Assembly: GCF_032193805.1 (NCBI RefSeq)
Contig: NZ_JAVBIK010000001.1
Span: 1,070,033 to 1,102,032, forward strand
Reading direction: 5' to 3'
DNA from: Rhodoferax potami
Lineage (GTDB): Bacteria; Pseudomonadota; Gammaproteobacteria; Burkholderiales; Burkholderiaceae_C
DNA length: 32,000 bases
The position numbers and the translations under genes are program-made. Of this stretch, positions 10,001 to 18,536 are shown in pieces. The number at the start of each line of letters is the position of its first letter. Position 1 is the stretch's first letter. Below the pieces are notes generated by a model. That model was not told the origin of the DNA and made no database searches. It saw nothing but the letters and a program-made list of their open reading frames with translations.

Positions 10001-10638
10001 GCAAAAGCCTGTGGGTCGCGCACCAAAACAAAGCCGAACGGCACGATCAGCATGATCAGCCACAGAGGCTGCGTCCAGATTTGCAGCCGGCTGATGGCGG
10101 ACACCCCGTGGGTAACCAGCGGAATCACTACCACCGCACAAATCAGGTAGCCCCAGGTGGGCGGTATGTCCAGGGCCAGCTCCAGCGCATAGGCCATGAC
10201 GGCCGCCTCCAGCGCGAAGAAGATAAAGGTAAACGAGGCGTAGATCAACGAAGTGAGCGTGGAACCGATGTAGCCAAAGCCCGCGCCGCGGGTCAGCAAA
10301 TCCATGTCCACCCCGTAGCGTGCGGCGTACACGCTGATAGGCAAGCCGGCCAGAAAAATCACCAGCCCCGTCATCAGAATCGCCCAGAAGGCGTTCACAA
10401 AGCCGTATTGCACCAAGAGGGTGGCGCCCACCGCTTCAAGAATCAGAAAAGAGGCCGCACCGAAGGCCGTGTTGGCAACCCGCCACTCCGACCACTTGCG
10501 AAAGCGCTGCGGTGTGAAGCGCAGGGCGTAATCCTCCATGGTCTCGCTGGCCACCCAGTTGTTGTAGTCGCGGCGAATTTTGACCACCCGCTGGGCGGGC
10601 GCTTCGGGCGGCGGTGGGGGTGGGAGGTCGATGGGCAC
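7027..10638 (-). CDS. hybrid sensor histidine kinase with an N-terminal NCS1 (purine/cytosine permease-like) transporter domain, a Cys-rich cluster, HisKA, HATPase and REC
   Basis: 1203 aa with a GTG start at 10638. Residues ~20-490 are a 12-TM permease-like region ([17 protein letters not shown]...). C541-C578 form a Cys cluster, followed by 2 further TM helices. H-box [12 protein letters not shown]-box [11 protein letters not shown], then REC (VLVVDNEE...[13 protein letters not shown]). Confidence 0.85.
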   Translation of the reverse strand: MPIDLPPPPPPEAPAQRVVKIRRDYNNWVASETMEDYALRFTPQRFRKWSEWRVANTAFGAASFLILEAVGATLLVQYGFVNAFWAILMTGLVIFLAGLPISVYAARYGVDMDLLTRGAGFGYIGSTLTSLIYASFTFIFFALEAAVMAYALELALDIPPTWGYLICAVVVIPLVTHGVSAISRLQIWTQPLWLIMLIVPFGFVLVRDPQAFAGITHYAGEKGPAGGFDLHLFGAALTVGIALMTQMGEQADYLRFMPQRTAANRVSWWAGVLVGGPGWVVLGVVKMLGGAFLAYLAIRASVPTDRAVDPNQMYLAAYEYVFPTLGWAVAATAVFVVISQLKINVTNAYAGSLAWSNFFSRLTHSHPGRVVWVLFNSVIAFMLMEMNVFQALGQVLGLYSNIAIAWIMAVVADLVINKPLGLSPKGIEFKRAHLYDINPVGVGAMAMASLLSILAYLGLFGELAKAFSAVVALVTAMVTSPLIAWWTKGKYYLARASDGSLDGNALCSVSPACCAGSSVTSAKRIGTQTPAPGWTPQVQRCVICEREYEGPDMAHCPAYQGAICSLCCTLDARCGDMCKPHANLATQWSATLRWLLPRRVWPFLDTGLGHFLLLMLVILPILATVFAMFYQQEMGNLAVWAEHRDSVAVALRAGFSKTFAALLLMSCIVAWWLVLAHKSRQVAQEESNRQSHLLLQEIESHRQTDIALQEAKRVAEQARLAAEAANQAKSRYISAISHELRTPLNSILGYAQLMGEDAAIPPHRKQAVSVIKRGGEHLLSLIEGTLDMAHIESGKLTLNVKPMQFANGMAELAGMFELQAAGKGLQFHFEVVGNVPEWVRADEKRLRQICINLLGNAIKFTAAGSVRLVLRYAREMAHIEIHDTGPGMRTEELDRIFEPFTRGSTAASGVAVASGGSGLGLTIAKMLTDLMGGELTASSVPGQGSVFKVRLFLPELHMPASATRPAARASKTRLAYAGARRKVLVVDNEEADRELLVSLLQPLGFDVRTAASGHDGLDLMAAGLQPDVVLLDLAMPGIDGWETLRRIRSNPALGGSQPQVAIVSANAFDRGLDNGLGLPPEDFIVKPVRHSELLDWLERRLELVWIDKPAPAAATAVMDVPVAVAAVVSTPALPAEAARALLEVAQLGYYRGVMNLLQSLQTRYPASATFLQQQEALARQYQFEMMSDQLQKVLDACSADEPR

Positions 10639-10700
10639 AGCTGGCAGGGTGCAGTTTCCATGCCACCGGCATGCGACCTTTGGCGTATGGCACCACCACA

Positions 10701-10716
10701 GGGCACGGGGCTTGCT
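10701..10716 (+). promoter_or_regulatory. sigma54 (-24/-12) promoter candidate for the urease operon
   Basis: GGGCACG-GGGC-TTGCT compared with the consensus TGGCACG-N4-TTGCW. The GC of the -12 element lies ~37 nt upstream of the ureA ATG (10752). Confidence 0.45.
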
Positions 10717-10751
10717 TAGGATGCACCATCTGCAGACATACCGGACCGACC

Positions 10752-11054
10752 ATGGAACTGACCCCTCGTGAAAAAGACAAGCTCATGCTGTTTACCGCCG
10801 GATTGCTGGCGGAACGCCGCAAAGCCCGTGGCCTCAAACTCAATTACCCCGAGGCAGTCGCCCTGATCAGCTGCGCCGTGATGGAAGGCGCGCGCGACGG
10901 CAAAACCGTGGCCCAACTGATGAGCGAAGGCCGCGCCGTGTTGACCCGCGCCGATGTGATGGACGGCATTGCAGAAATGATCCCCGACATCCAGATCGAA
11001 GCCACCTTCCCCGACGGCACCAAGCTCGTGACCGTGCACCAGCCGATCGTCTGA
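10752..11054 (+). CDS. ureA: urease subunit gamma
   Basis: 100 aa. [40 protein letters not shown]... is the canonical UreA sequence. ATG at 10752 lies inside the longer ORF 10614-11054. Confidence 0.95.
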   Translation: MELTPREKDKLMLFTAGLLAERRKARGLKLNYPEAVALISCAVMEGARDGKTVAQLMSEGRAVLTRADVMDGIAEMIPDIQIEATFPDGTKLVTVHQPIV

Positions 11055-11074
11055 GCCCCTATCCGGAGAATGCC

Positions 11075-11677
11075 ATGTCCAAAATCCTGAAATCCGCTCT
11101 TCTTTTAATAGCTGCCAGCGCAATATCTACCAGCGCTAGCGCCCATATTGGCACTGAATTGCACCACCACAGCAGCTTCATGACCGGCCTGCTGCACCCC
11201 TTGGGTGGCTTGGACCACTTGCTGGCCATGCTGGCTGTGGGCATCTGGAGCGCCGTGTCGGCCCGTCGCGCCGGGCCCGCCTTGCTGTGGGGGCCGCTGG
11301 CGTTTGCCAACATGCTGGTGCTGGGCGCTCTGCTGGGCCTCCAAGGCATGGGCGGCGCCGTGGTGGAGCCCATGGTGGCTGCGTCCGTGCTGGCGCTGGG
11401 TCTACTGGTACTCACACGCCAAGGCATGAATGCCGCAGCCTCCATGGTGTTGGTGGGTGGCTTTGCTGTGTTCCACGGACTGGCCCACGGTGCGGAGTTG
11501 GCAGCTACGGGTGACGCGGTTGCGGCAGTGGCCGGCATGTTTGTCACCACCATCGCGCTGCATCTTTCCGGCGTGGCACTGGGCTGGTCCTTGCGTGCTG
11601 CCAATGTGTGGGCAACACGCGCCACCGGCGCTGCTGTGGCGGCTTCGGGCATGGCCTTGTTGATGCAATTGGCGTGA
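11075..11677 (+). CDS. ureJ: HupE/UreJ family nickel transporter
   Basis: 200 aa. Signal peptide, then [31 protein letters not shown], the hallmark HupE/UreJ motif. GGAGA RBS present. Confidence 0.9.
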   Translation: MSKILKSALLLIAASAISTSASAHIGTELHHHSSFMTGLLHPLGGLDHLLAMLAVGIWSAVSARRAGPALLWGPLAFANMLVLGALLGLQGMGGAVVEPMVAASVLALGLLVLTRQGMNAAASMVLVGGFAVFHGLAHGAELAATGDAVAAVAGMFVTTIALHLSGVALGWSLRAANVWATRATGAAVAASGMALLMQLA

Positions 11678-11688
11678 AGGACGGCACC

Positions 11689-11994
11689 ATGATCCCCGGC
11701 GAACTCATTCTTGACGACGGCGAACATCTGCTCAACACAGGCCGCCGTACCGTGACGGTGGTGGTGCAGAACCAGTCGGACCGGCCTATCCAGGTGGGTT
11801 CCCACTACCACTTTGCAGAGACCAATGGCGCGCTCGGCTTTGACCGTGCGGTGGCGCAAGGCATGCGCCTGAACATCGCATCCGGCTCAGCCGTGCGATT
11901 CGAGCCCGGCCAACAACGCACTGTGGAGCTGGTGGAGATTGCCGGCGACCGGATGATTTATGGCTTTCGCGGCCTGACCCAAGGGAGTCTTTGA
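11689..11994 (+). CDS. ureB: urease subunit beta
   Basis: 101 aa. [46 protein letters not shown]... is canonical UreB. Confidence 0.95.
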   Translation: MIPGELILDDGEHLLNTGRRTVTVVVQNQSDRPIQVGSHYHFAETNGALGFDRAVAQGMRLNIASGSAVRFEPGQQRTVELVEIAGDRMIYGFRGLTQGSL

Positions 11995-11996
11995 AC

Positions 11997-13715
11997 ATGG
12001 CAACCATCGGACGCCGCGCCTACGCGGAAATCTTCGGCCCCACCACTGGCGACCGCGTGCGCCTGGCAGATACCGGCCTGATCATTGAGGTCGAAAAAGA
12101 CTACACCCTGGCTGCGGGCAGCTATGGCGAAGAGGTCAAGTTCGGCGGCGGCAAAACCATCCGCGACGGCATGGCGCAAAGCCAGCGCACCCGCACAGAA
12201 GGTGCCGTGGACTGCGTGCTGACCAACGCCCTCATCCTGGACCACTGGGGCATCGTCAAGGCGGACATCGGACTCAAAGACGGGCGCATTGCGGCCATCG
12301 GCAAAGCAGGCAACCCTGACACGCAGCCGGGTGTGGACATCATCATCGGACCGGGTACCGAAATTATCAGCTGCGAGGGCAACATCGTCACCGCGGGCGG
12401 CATTGACTGCCATATTCACTTCATCTGCCCGCAGCAGATTGAAGAAGCACTCTCCAGCGGCGTGACCACCATGATGGGTGGCGGCACGGGTCCGGCCACC
12501 GGCACCTTGGCCACCACTTGCACGCCAGGCCCCTGGAACATCGAGCGCATGCTGCAAGCGGCTGACGCCTTCCCCATGAACCTCGGCTTTTTTGGTAAGG
12601 GCAACGCCAGCCTGCCCGGCGCACTGCATGAGCTAATCAACGCCGGTGTGATTGGCCTCAAGCTGCATGAGGACTGGGGCAGCACGCCCGCTGCCATCAG
12701 CAACTGTCTGGATGTGGCTGACGAAACTGAGATTCAAGTGGCCCTGCACTCGGACACGCTCAACGAATCCGGCTTTGTGGAAAACACCATCGAAGCCACC
12801 AAGGGCCGTGGCCTGTGCGCCTTCCACACCGAAGGCGCAGGCGGCGGCCACGCCCCCGACATCTTGAAGGTGGTGGGCCAGGCGAACTTTTTGCCCAGCT
12901 CCACCAACCCCACCATGCCCTACACCCAGAACACTCTGGACGAGCATGTGGACATGCTGATGGTCTGCCACCACCTGGACGCGGGCATTGCCGAAGACCT
13001 GGCCTTTGCCGAAAGCCGCATCCGCAAGGAAACCATTGCGGCCGAAGACATCCTGCACGACATGGGCGCGATTTCCATGATGAGCAGCGACAGCCAGGCC
13101 ATGGGCCGTGTGGGCGAAGTCATCATCCGCACCTGGCAGACGGCCGACAAGATGAAGTCGCAACGGGGCTCGCTCCCAGAGGATTCGTCAAGGAACGACA
13201 ACTTCCGCGCCAAGCGCTATGTCGCCAAGTACACCATCAACCCTGCGATTTCGCACGGCATCAGCCACGAAGTGGGCAGCATCGAAGTCGGCAAGTGGGC
13301 CGACCTGGTGATCTACAAACCCGCTTTCTTTGGTGTGAAACCCGCGCTGATTTTGAAGGGCGGATTCATTGCCCACGCCGCCATGGGCGACCCGAATGCG
13401 TCCATCCCCACACCGCAGCCGGTGCACTACCGCCCCATGTTCGGCAGCTTCGGTGGCGCGCTGCATCGCGGCTCGCTGACCTTTGTGTCGCAATCGGGTT
13501 TGAACGCCGGCATCAAGGAACGCTTTGGTCTCGCCAAAAACGTGGCCGCGGTCAAAAACATCCGCGGCATACGCAAGCAGCACATGGTCCACAACAGCTA
13601 CCTGCCCACCATGGAAATCGACGCGCAAACCTACAGCGTGCGCGCCGACGGCCAGCTGCTGACCTGCGAGCCGGCGCTTAAGCTGCCCATGGCACAGCGC
13701 TACTTTTTGTTTTGA
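11997..13715 (+). CDS. ureC: urease subunit alpha
   Basis: About 572 aa from the ATG at 11997 (the ORF track starts at TTG 11991). Motifs [30 protein letters not shown] and active-site flap [15 protein letters not shown]. Confidence 0.97.
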   Translation: MATIGRRAYAEIFGPTTGDRVRLADTGLIIEVEKDYTLAAGSYGEEVKFGGGKTIRDGMAQSQRTRTEGAVDCVLTNALILDHWGIVKADIGLKDGRIAAIGKAGNPDTQPGVDIIIGPGTEIISCEGNIVTAGGIDCHIHFICPQQIEEALSSGVTTMMGGGTGPATGTLATTCTPGPWNIERMLQAADAFPMNLGFFGKGNASLPGALHELINAGVIGLKLHEDWGSTPAAISNCLDVADETEIQVALHSDTLNESGFVENTIEATKGRGLCAFHTEGAGGGHAPDILKVVGQANFLPSSTNPTMPYTQNTLDEHVDMLMVCHHLDAGIAEDLAFAESRIRKETIAAEDILHDMGAISMMSSDSQAMGRVGEVIIRTWQTADKMKSQRGSLPEDSSRNDNFRAKRYVAKYTINPAISHGISHEVGSIEVGKWADLVIYKPAFFGVKPALILKGGFIAHAAMGDPNASIPTPQPVHYRPMFGSFGGALHRGSLTFVSQSGLNAGIKERFGLAKNVAAVKNIRGIRKQHMVHNSYLPTMEIDAQTYSVRADGQLLTCEPALKLPMAQRYFLF

Positions 13716-13720
13716 GCGCC

Positions 13721-14179
13721 ATGCAGATCATGGCGGGTGGCCTAGAGCACCCTCAGGTGCAAGCACTACTGGAGGCCCACCTGCGCTCCAGCCAGTCGCA
13801 CTCGCCCCCCGGCAGCGTGCACGCACTGAATTTGGACGCCCTGCGGCACCCCTCCATCCGCTTCTGGGCTGCATGGAATGGCGAGGATTTGATGGGCTGT
13901 GGTGCCCTCAAGACCTTGACACCCACGCTCGGCGAACTGAAGTCCATGCGCACCGCGGACGTCCACCTGCGTAAGGGCGTTGCGCGGGCCATGCTGCAGC
14001 ACATTGAAGCCCATGCCCGAGCTTGCGGCATGCACCACATCAGCCTCGAGACCGGCTCACACGCCCCGTTTGCAGCGGCCAGAGAGCTCTATGCCAGCGA
14101 GGGTTTTGTCGAATGCGGCCCCTTTGCCGACTACGCGCTGGACCCTTACAGCTTTTTCATGACCAAGCAACTGACATGA
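13721..14179 (+). CDS. GNAT-family N-acetyltransferase inserted between ureC and ureE
   Basis: About 152 aa (ATG 13721; TTG 13712 is also possible). GELKSMRTADVHLRKGVARAMLQHIEAHARACG... and ELYASEGFVECGPF are typical GNAT acetyl-CoA motif A/B regions. Confidence 0.75.
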   Translation: MQIMAGGLEHPQVQALLEAHLRSSQSHSPPGSVHALNLDALRHPSIRFWAAWNGEDLMGCGALKTLTPTLGELKSMRTADVHLRKGVARAMLQHIEAHARACGMHHISLETGSHAPFAAARELYASEGFVECGPFADYALDPYSFFMTKQLT

Positions 14180-14235
14180 GTGGGCCCTCTGCAGCTGGGC
14201 CACAATGCCTGCAACCCTTGTTCACCCGAATATTT

Positions 14236-14910
14236 ATGCTCCAAGTCTCCAAATGCATCCCGCAAGGCCAAGGCCTGGCACCGGTTCTCGTCAAGCGCGC
14301 CGCCACCGTCGAGCTGGACTGGGACGTGCGCCAGAAAAGCCGTTTTGATGCGACCGACAGCCAAGGCCGCCAGATCGGCGTATTTCTGCCCCGTGGCACC
14401 GTGGTGCGCGGTGGCGATGTGCTGGTGGCTGAAGACGGCTCGCTCATCGTCGCCAAAGCTGCGCCGCAAGCGGTGCTGAAAATCACCCATTGCCGCAATC
14501 ACGGCACACCTTTCGACCTGATCCGCGCCGCCTACCACCTGGGCAACCGCCATGTGCCCATCGAGTTGCAGCCCGACCACCTGAAGATTGAGCCCGACCA
14601 CGTGTTGGCCGACATGCTGCGCGCCATGCACCTGATCGTGAATGCGGTGGACGAGGCTTTCGAGCCCGAAAACGGCGCTTACGCCACCGGTGGACACCAC
14701 GGCGGCCATCACCATGGACACGATCACGATCATGGACATGGCCATGACCACGGGCATTCCCACTCCGGCCACAACCATGACCATGCGCCCAAGCCGGCGG
14801 CTACCTTGCGCGGCATCCCGGTGGCAGTACAAGCCAAACCCCATGTGCATGGCCCGGACTGCAAGCACGGTCACGACCATAGCCATGATCACCACCACGG
14901 CGACCAATAG
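14236..14910 (+). CDS. ureE: urease accessory protein UreE with a very long His-rich tail
   Basis: ATG at 14236 inside ORF 14023-14910. The core DLIRAAYHLGNRHVPIEL is the UreE signature. The C-terminal ~75 residues contain roughly 25 His by my count. Confidence 0.9.
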   Translation: MLQVSKCIPQGQGLAPVLVKRAATVELDWDVRQKSRFDATDSQGRQIGVFLPRGTVVRGGDVLVAEDGSLIVAKAAPQAVLKITHCRNHGTPFDLIRAAYHLGNRHVPIELQPDHLKIEPDHVLADMLRAMHLIVNAVDEAFEPENGAYATGGHHGGHHHGHDHDHGHGHDHGHSHSGHNHDHAPKPAATLRGIPVAVQAKPHVHGPDCKHGHDHSHDHHHGDQ

Positions 14911-14922
14911 ACAAGCAACACC

Positions 14923-15600
14923 ATGCTCGACAGCAGCCTGATGCAGCTCATGTGGCTGGCCTCCCCGGCCTTGCCGATTGGCGGATTTTCATACTCCGAA
15001 TGCCTGGAAGCCGCCGTAGATACTGCGCGAGCCGCTACAGAAAGTGAAGCATCCGTCTGGCTGGTCGATCAACTGCACATGACGCTGGCCCGCTCGGAGC
15101 TGCCTGCGGTGGCCCAGGCCATTGCCGCCTGGCGCGCAGACGACCAGCCCCGCATTGCCGAGCTCAATGCCTGGGTGCTGCAAACCCGCGAAAGCGCCGA
15201 GTTGCGCGCGCAAACCGAACAAATGGGCAAAAGCCTGCTGGAATGGTTGAAGAACCACACCACGGCCACGCCCGCACAAATCGCCCTGCTCGCTGCGCAG
15301 GAGCCCACCTATCCCATCGCATTCGCGCTGGCCGCAAGCGCCACACAAGCGCCTGTGCGCGAATGCCTGCTGGCCTTCTCCTTCGGCTGGGCCGAGAACA
15401 TGATGCAAGCCGCCATCAAGGCCGTGCCGCTGGGCCAGAGTGCGGGGCAACGCATCCTGTCCGCGCTGACCGCCGAGATTCCTTCCGCTGTCGATTACGC
15501 CCTGAGCGTGAGCGACGACACCCGCCAAGCCTTCAGCCCCATGCTGGCCATACTGAGTAGCCAGCATGAAGTGCAGTATTCAAGGCTTTTCCGCTCCTAG
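14923..15600 (+). CDS. ureF: urease accessory protein UreF
   Basis: 225 aa. [24 protein letters not shown] is the UreF N-terminal signature. Position between ureE and ureG. Confidence 0.9.
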   Translation: MLDSSLMQLMWLASPALPIGGFSYSECLEAAVDTARAATESEASVWLVDQLHMTLARSELPAVAQAIAAWRADDQPRIAELNAWVLQTRESAELRAQTEQMGKSLLEWLKNHTTATPAQIALLAAQEPTYPIAFALAASATQAPVRECLLAFSFGWAENMMQAAIKAVPLGQSAGQRILSALTAEIPSAVDYALSVSDDTRQAFSPMLAILSSQHEVQYSRLFRS

Positions 15601-15647
15601 CGCTCGTTGATATTGCGCGCGCAGCTCACTTTTTGATAGTAAACACC

Positions 15648-16307
15648 ATGTCCGCACTTCACCACATTGCCAATCGCACCAAGACCCTGCCCCCTTTGCG
15701 CGTGGGCATAGGCGGCCCTGTTGGCTCCGGCAAAACCACCTTGCTGGAAATGCTGTGCAAGGCCATGCGCGACCAGTACGACCTGGTCGCCATCACCAAC
15801 GACATTTACACCAAGGAAGACCAGCGCCTGCTCACCGTGAGCGGCGCGCTGCCCGCCGAGCGCATCATGGGCGTAGAAACCGGCGGCTGCCCGCACACCG
15901 CCATCCGCGAAGACTGCTCCATCAACCTGGAAGCCATCGACCGCATGCTGATGGACTTTCCCGATGCTGACATCGTGTTTGTGGAAAGCGGCGGCGACAA
16001 CCTGGCCGCCACCTTCAGCCCCGAGCTGAGTGACCTGACCATCTACGTGATCGATGTGGCTGCCGGCGAAAAAATCCCTCGCAAAGGCGGCCCCGGCATC
16101 ACCAAAAGCGACCTGTTCGTCATCAACAAAACCGACCTGGCCCCCCACGTGGGCGCCAACCTCGACGTCATGCGCGCCGACACCGAGCGCATGCGCAACA
16201 CCCCCAAGGGCATGAAGCCGTTTGCCATGACCAACCTCAAGGACCAAAGCGGCCTGCAAGAGGTGATTGCGTTCATCGAAACCAAAGGCATGTTGAAGCC
16301 GCGCTAG
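15648..16307 (+). CDS. ureG: urease accessory GTPase UreG
   Basis: P-loop [11 protein letters not shown], then [24 protein letters not shown] and [11 protein letters not shown] at 15648 (the ORF track starts at TTG 15633). Confidence 0.95.
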   Translation: MSALHHIANRTKTLPPLRVGIGGPVGSGKTTLLEMLCKAMRDQYDLVAITNDIYTKEDQRLLTVSGALPAERIMGVETGGCPHTAIREDCSINLEAIDRMLMDFPDADIVFVESGGDNLAATFSPELSDLTIYVIDVAAGEKIPRKGGPGITKSDLFVINKTDLAPHVGANLDVMRADTERMRNTPKGMKPFAMTNLKDQSGLQEVIAFIETKGMLKPR

Positions 16308-16320
16308 AATACGCAGCTCT

Positions 16321-16410
16321 GGAAGCTTGGCCGAGCGGTTTAAGGCACCGGTCTTGAAAACCGGCGAGGGTTTATCCCCTCCGTGAGTTCGAATCTCACA
16401 GCTTCCGCCA
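16321..16410 (+). tRNA. tRNA-Ser (anticodon UGA), with CCA encoded
   Basis: Hand-folded cloverleaf. Acceptor GGAAGCT/AGCTTCC, D arm GCC/GGC, anticodon stem CCGGT/ACCGG with loop CTTGAAA. Long variable arm (GAGGG..CCCTC), T arm GTGAG-TTCGAAT-CTCAC, discriminator G and CCA. Confidence 0.93.
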
Positions 16411-16659
16411 TTCTGGCTTTGCAGCGCAAAGCCTGTCTATCAACAGCGCTTCGCGCTCGTTCTCCATCATCGCCGCAATCATCCATTGCGTCGGGTCCTC
16501 TCCTAATTCAATAGCAAAGTTTCCAGCAATGGCGGGGCTTAGTTTGCCTTTCGTCCTTGCGTTCGTGATCGTGCTTGGCACGATATTGAACAGTCGCGCC
16601 CATTCAGATGCGCTCTTGATGGCAAGCGCTTTATTCAGTAATTCGATGGTTTTGGGCAT
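16396..16659 (-). CDS. phage repressor-like small HTH protein
   Basis: 87 aa from the ATG at 16659 (GGAG 7 nt upstream): MPKTIELLNKALAIKSASEWARLFNIVPSTITNARTKGKLSP... has an HTH-like pattern. It runs opposite to the phage structural genes and sits next to att, as I recall for phiRSM3 ORF15. Its last 4 codons and stop lie inside the tRNA gene. Confidence 0.6.
   Translation of the reverse strand: MPKTIELLNKALAIKSASEWARLFNIVPSTITNARTKGKLSPAIAGNFAIELGEDPTQWMIAAMMENEREALLIDRLCAAKPEWRKL
16398..16410 (+). repeat. attL core: 13-bp direct repeat ACAGCTTCCGCCA (the 3' end of tRNA-Ser)
   Basis: Identical 13-mer at 27184-27196. The 11 bp to the left match 6/11 (GTTCGAATCTC vs GTCCGAAAGCG). Confidence 0.75.
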
Positions 16660-16688
16660 GTCTGGCTCCTTCGGTTCGGGAAATTTTC

Positions 16689-16758
16689 GCACCAAACGTG
16701 AAAAAAAGCTTGCACCAAACGTGAACTGGCCTCTACATTTCATTTCACTAAACGTGAA
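16689..16758. promoter_or_regulatory. three direct repeats CAC(C/T)AAACGTGAA, operator or iteron candidates in the repressor/Rep divergent control region
   Basis: GCACCAAACGTGAA at 16689-16702 and 16712-16725 (23-bp period), and CACTAAACGTGAA at 16746-16758 (33 bp further on). The third copy sits in the palindrome TTTCAC-N5-GTGAAA. A weak rightward TTGCAC-N18-TACATT (16710-16739) overlaps repeat 2. Confidence 0.45.
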
Positions 16759-17232
16759 AAGAAATTTAAGCGGCCATGCAAAAACACCTCAACGATTTAC
16801 GGAACCCTGTGCAGTCATCCCCTGCGCAGGTTGGCTTGGCCGCTTCCCCTGCGCAATCTGAACAGGGTTCCACCACTTCCGGTCTGTTTACCTTATCAAC
16901 AGCCACAAAGCGATTCCAAGGACCGTCGCAGCAAAAACGTATCGGCTCATTCCCCTTTTCGAGTTTGTCTGCCGTTTCTTTTTCACGGTCTTTGCTGGTG
17001 GAGCTAACCAAGCCGGCTCTGTCGGTAGCCATGGCCGGCGGCCGCGCGCTTCTTCTTCCGTCATCTGCACTTACCTCCCCTTTCTGCCTTTGCATTATCG
17101 GCACCCCTTTGGCTGCTTCATGCCAAGCTAAAGCGCTGGAAGGGGCCCCGCTTGCGGGGAAGGCATCCGGCGCGATAGCGCAAGAGCTGCCCCCCGTTGG
17201 TAACACGGGGGGATCATTCCGGAGCGTGCCAA

Positions 17233-18510
17233 ATGTCTAAGACAAACCCCATAGTTGTCGAAGGCGATCAGATCAAGCTCCGCCTTCAGGCCGAACGCAC
17301 AGCCCACAACACCCCTATCCATGTCGATTGGGTCCGCTTCACCTGCTTACTGCGCAGTGTTACCCCTGACTTCTTGACCCGTCGCGGTCCAGTCCTTCCC
17401 ACTCGGGATATGTTGGCTAAACGCTCCGTGGCGTCGGTCGGTCGAATGGTCGTTCATAAGCCCCGTTACAACGACGAGCTGAGCGAGTCCGAGCAAGATC
17501 GCGTTCACCGGCTTATTCGCTGCACTCTTGAAGCCTACGAAGCCGAACACCAAACCCCCGCTTTTCAGTGGGCATCCGGTCAAGCTCTCGAACTCGCAAA
17601 AGAGATCGTGGAAGCCTTGGGTGAAGAGTTTGAAGTCTCTCCAGAGATCAAGGGCGGTAAAGACTTCTACAAGTACTCATTCATCATCGAACGCAAGGGC
17701 CACCCCTGCGGCTGGGTGGGGTTCATGGCTGGTTCAAACAGCCACAGCGCACAAGCGCAAAACCAGACCATTCACGCCAACATTGAAGGCCACGCTTGTA
17801 CGTTTGCCTCTGCCGGTTGGACTGACCGCATAGCTGACCTGATCGACAAGCACGAAGCAAAGATTACCCGTGCTGACTTGGCCCTAGATCTCTTCGATGG
17901 TGGCCTTGATATGGACGGTCTCAAAGACTTGTATCTCTCTGGTGGCTTCGACGTTCGCGGACGTAGGCCGCAAACAGACGTCAAGGGCGATTGGGTCAAT
18001 GGTCGTGAACGCTCCTTCTACGTTGGCTCTCGTAAGAACGGGAAAGAAACCAACATCTACGAAAAAGGCGACCAACTTTTCGGGCGTGAAGCAAACAGCC
18101 CATGGGTCCGCATTGAGCTGCGTTACGGCGATCAAAACCGCGTCTTGCCTTCCGACATTTTCCGCCGCCCTGCCGACTTCTTTGCAGGCGCTTCCGACTG
18201 GCATCAGCTCCAGCTCGTGAAGCACGAAGCCCCCGCAATCCCTCAAAAGATTTCAGTTCACAAAGCTTTGCCCTTGCAGACGGTCAAGGCTGAGATTTCC
18301 AGAAACCTCCGCTGGGCCTTCACGTCTGCTGCTCCCACGATTGCCGCCGCTTTCAAGTACCTGAGTGAGTCCGAATTCTTGGAGCTGTGCGACTGGCGCA
18401 AACACAAATTGCCAGGGCGACTCCGCAAGTTTTCAGAGTCCGATTTGCTCGGCGCATTTTCAGTAACCAACAGCGGCGGGGGTGCTGGCCACACCTTATT
18501 AGCCGCTTAA
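17233..18510 (+). CDS. rolling-circle replication initiation protein (Rep_trans / pII-RstA-like)
   Basis: About 425 aa from the ATG at 17233. Motifs IHVDWVRFTC, RADLALDLFDG, SFYVGSRKNGKETNIYEKG and WVRIELRYG are typical of the phage replication-initiation-factor family. Confidence 0.85.
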   Translation: MSKTNPIVVEGDQIKLRLQAERTAHNTPIHVDWVRFTCLLRSVTPDFLTRRGPVLPTRDMLAKRSVASVGRMVVHKPRYNDELSESEQDRVHRLIRCTLEAYEAEHQTPAFQWASGQALELAKEIVEALGEEFEVSPEIKGGKDFYKYSFIIERKGHPCGWVGFMAGSNSHSAQAQNQTIHANIEGHACTFASAGWTDRIADLIDKHEAKITRADLALDLFDGGLDMDGLKDLYLSGGFDVRGRRPQTDVKGDWVNGRERSFYVGSRKNGKETNIYEKGDQLFGREANSPWVRIELRYGDQNRVLPSDIFRRPADFFAGASDWHQLQLVKHEAPAIPQKISVHKALPLQTVKAEISRNLRWAFTSAAPTIAAAFKYLSESEFLELCDWRKHKLPGRLRKFSESDLLGAFSVTNSGGGAGHTLLAA

Positions 18511-18536
18511 CAAAACCGGCCACGAAAGACAAAACC

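Noticed and set aside
10640-10700. Possible NtrC enhancer half-sites (TGCA...TGCC-type) upstream of the sigma54 candidate.
   Set aside because: They do not fit TGCACC-N5-GGTGCA when aligned by hand. The evidence is too weak to report as sites.
10614-10751. N-terminal extensions of ureA (10614), ureB (11608), ureE (14023), ureG (15633) and the coat, pIII-like and Rep ORFs, as listed in the ORF track.
   Set aside because: The canonical family N-termini begin at internal ATGs (10752, 11689, 14236, 15648, 19553, 19882, 17233). The extensions overlap upstream genes or promoters.
16660-16743. The longer 115-aa version of the repressor-like ORF, starting at 16743.
   Set aside because: The extension would encode the phased operator-like repeats and has no RBS. 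The ATG at 16659 has GGAG 7 nt upstream and begins a coherent HTH-like protein.
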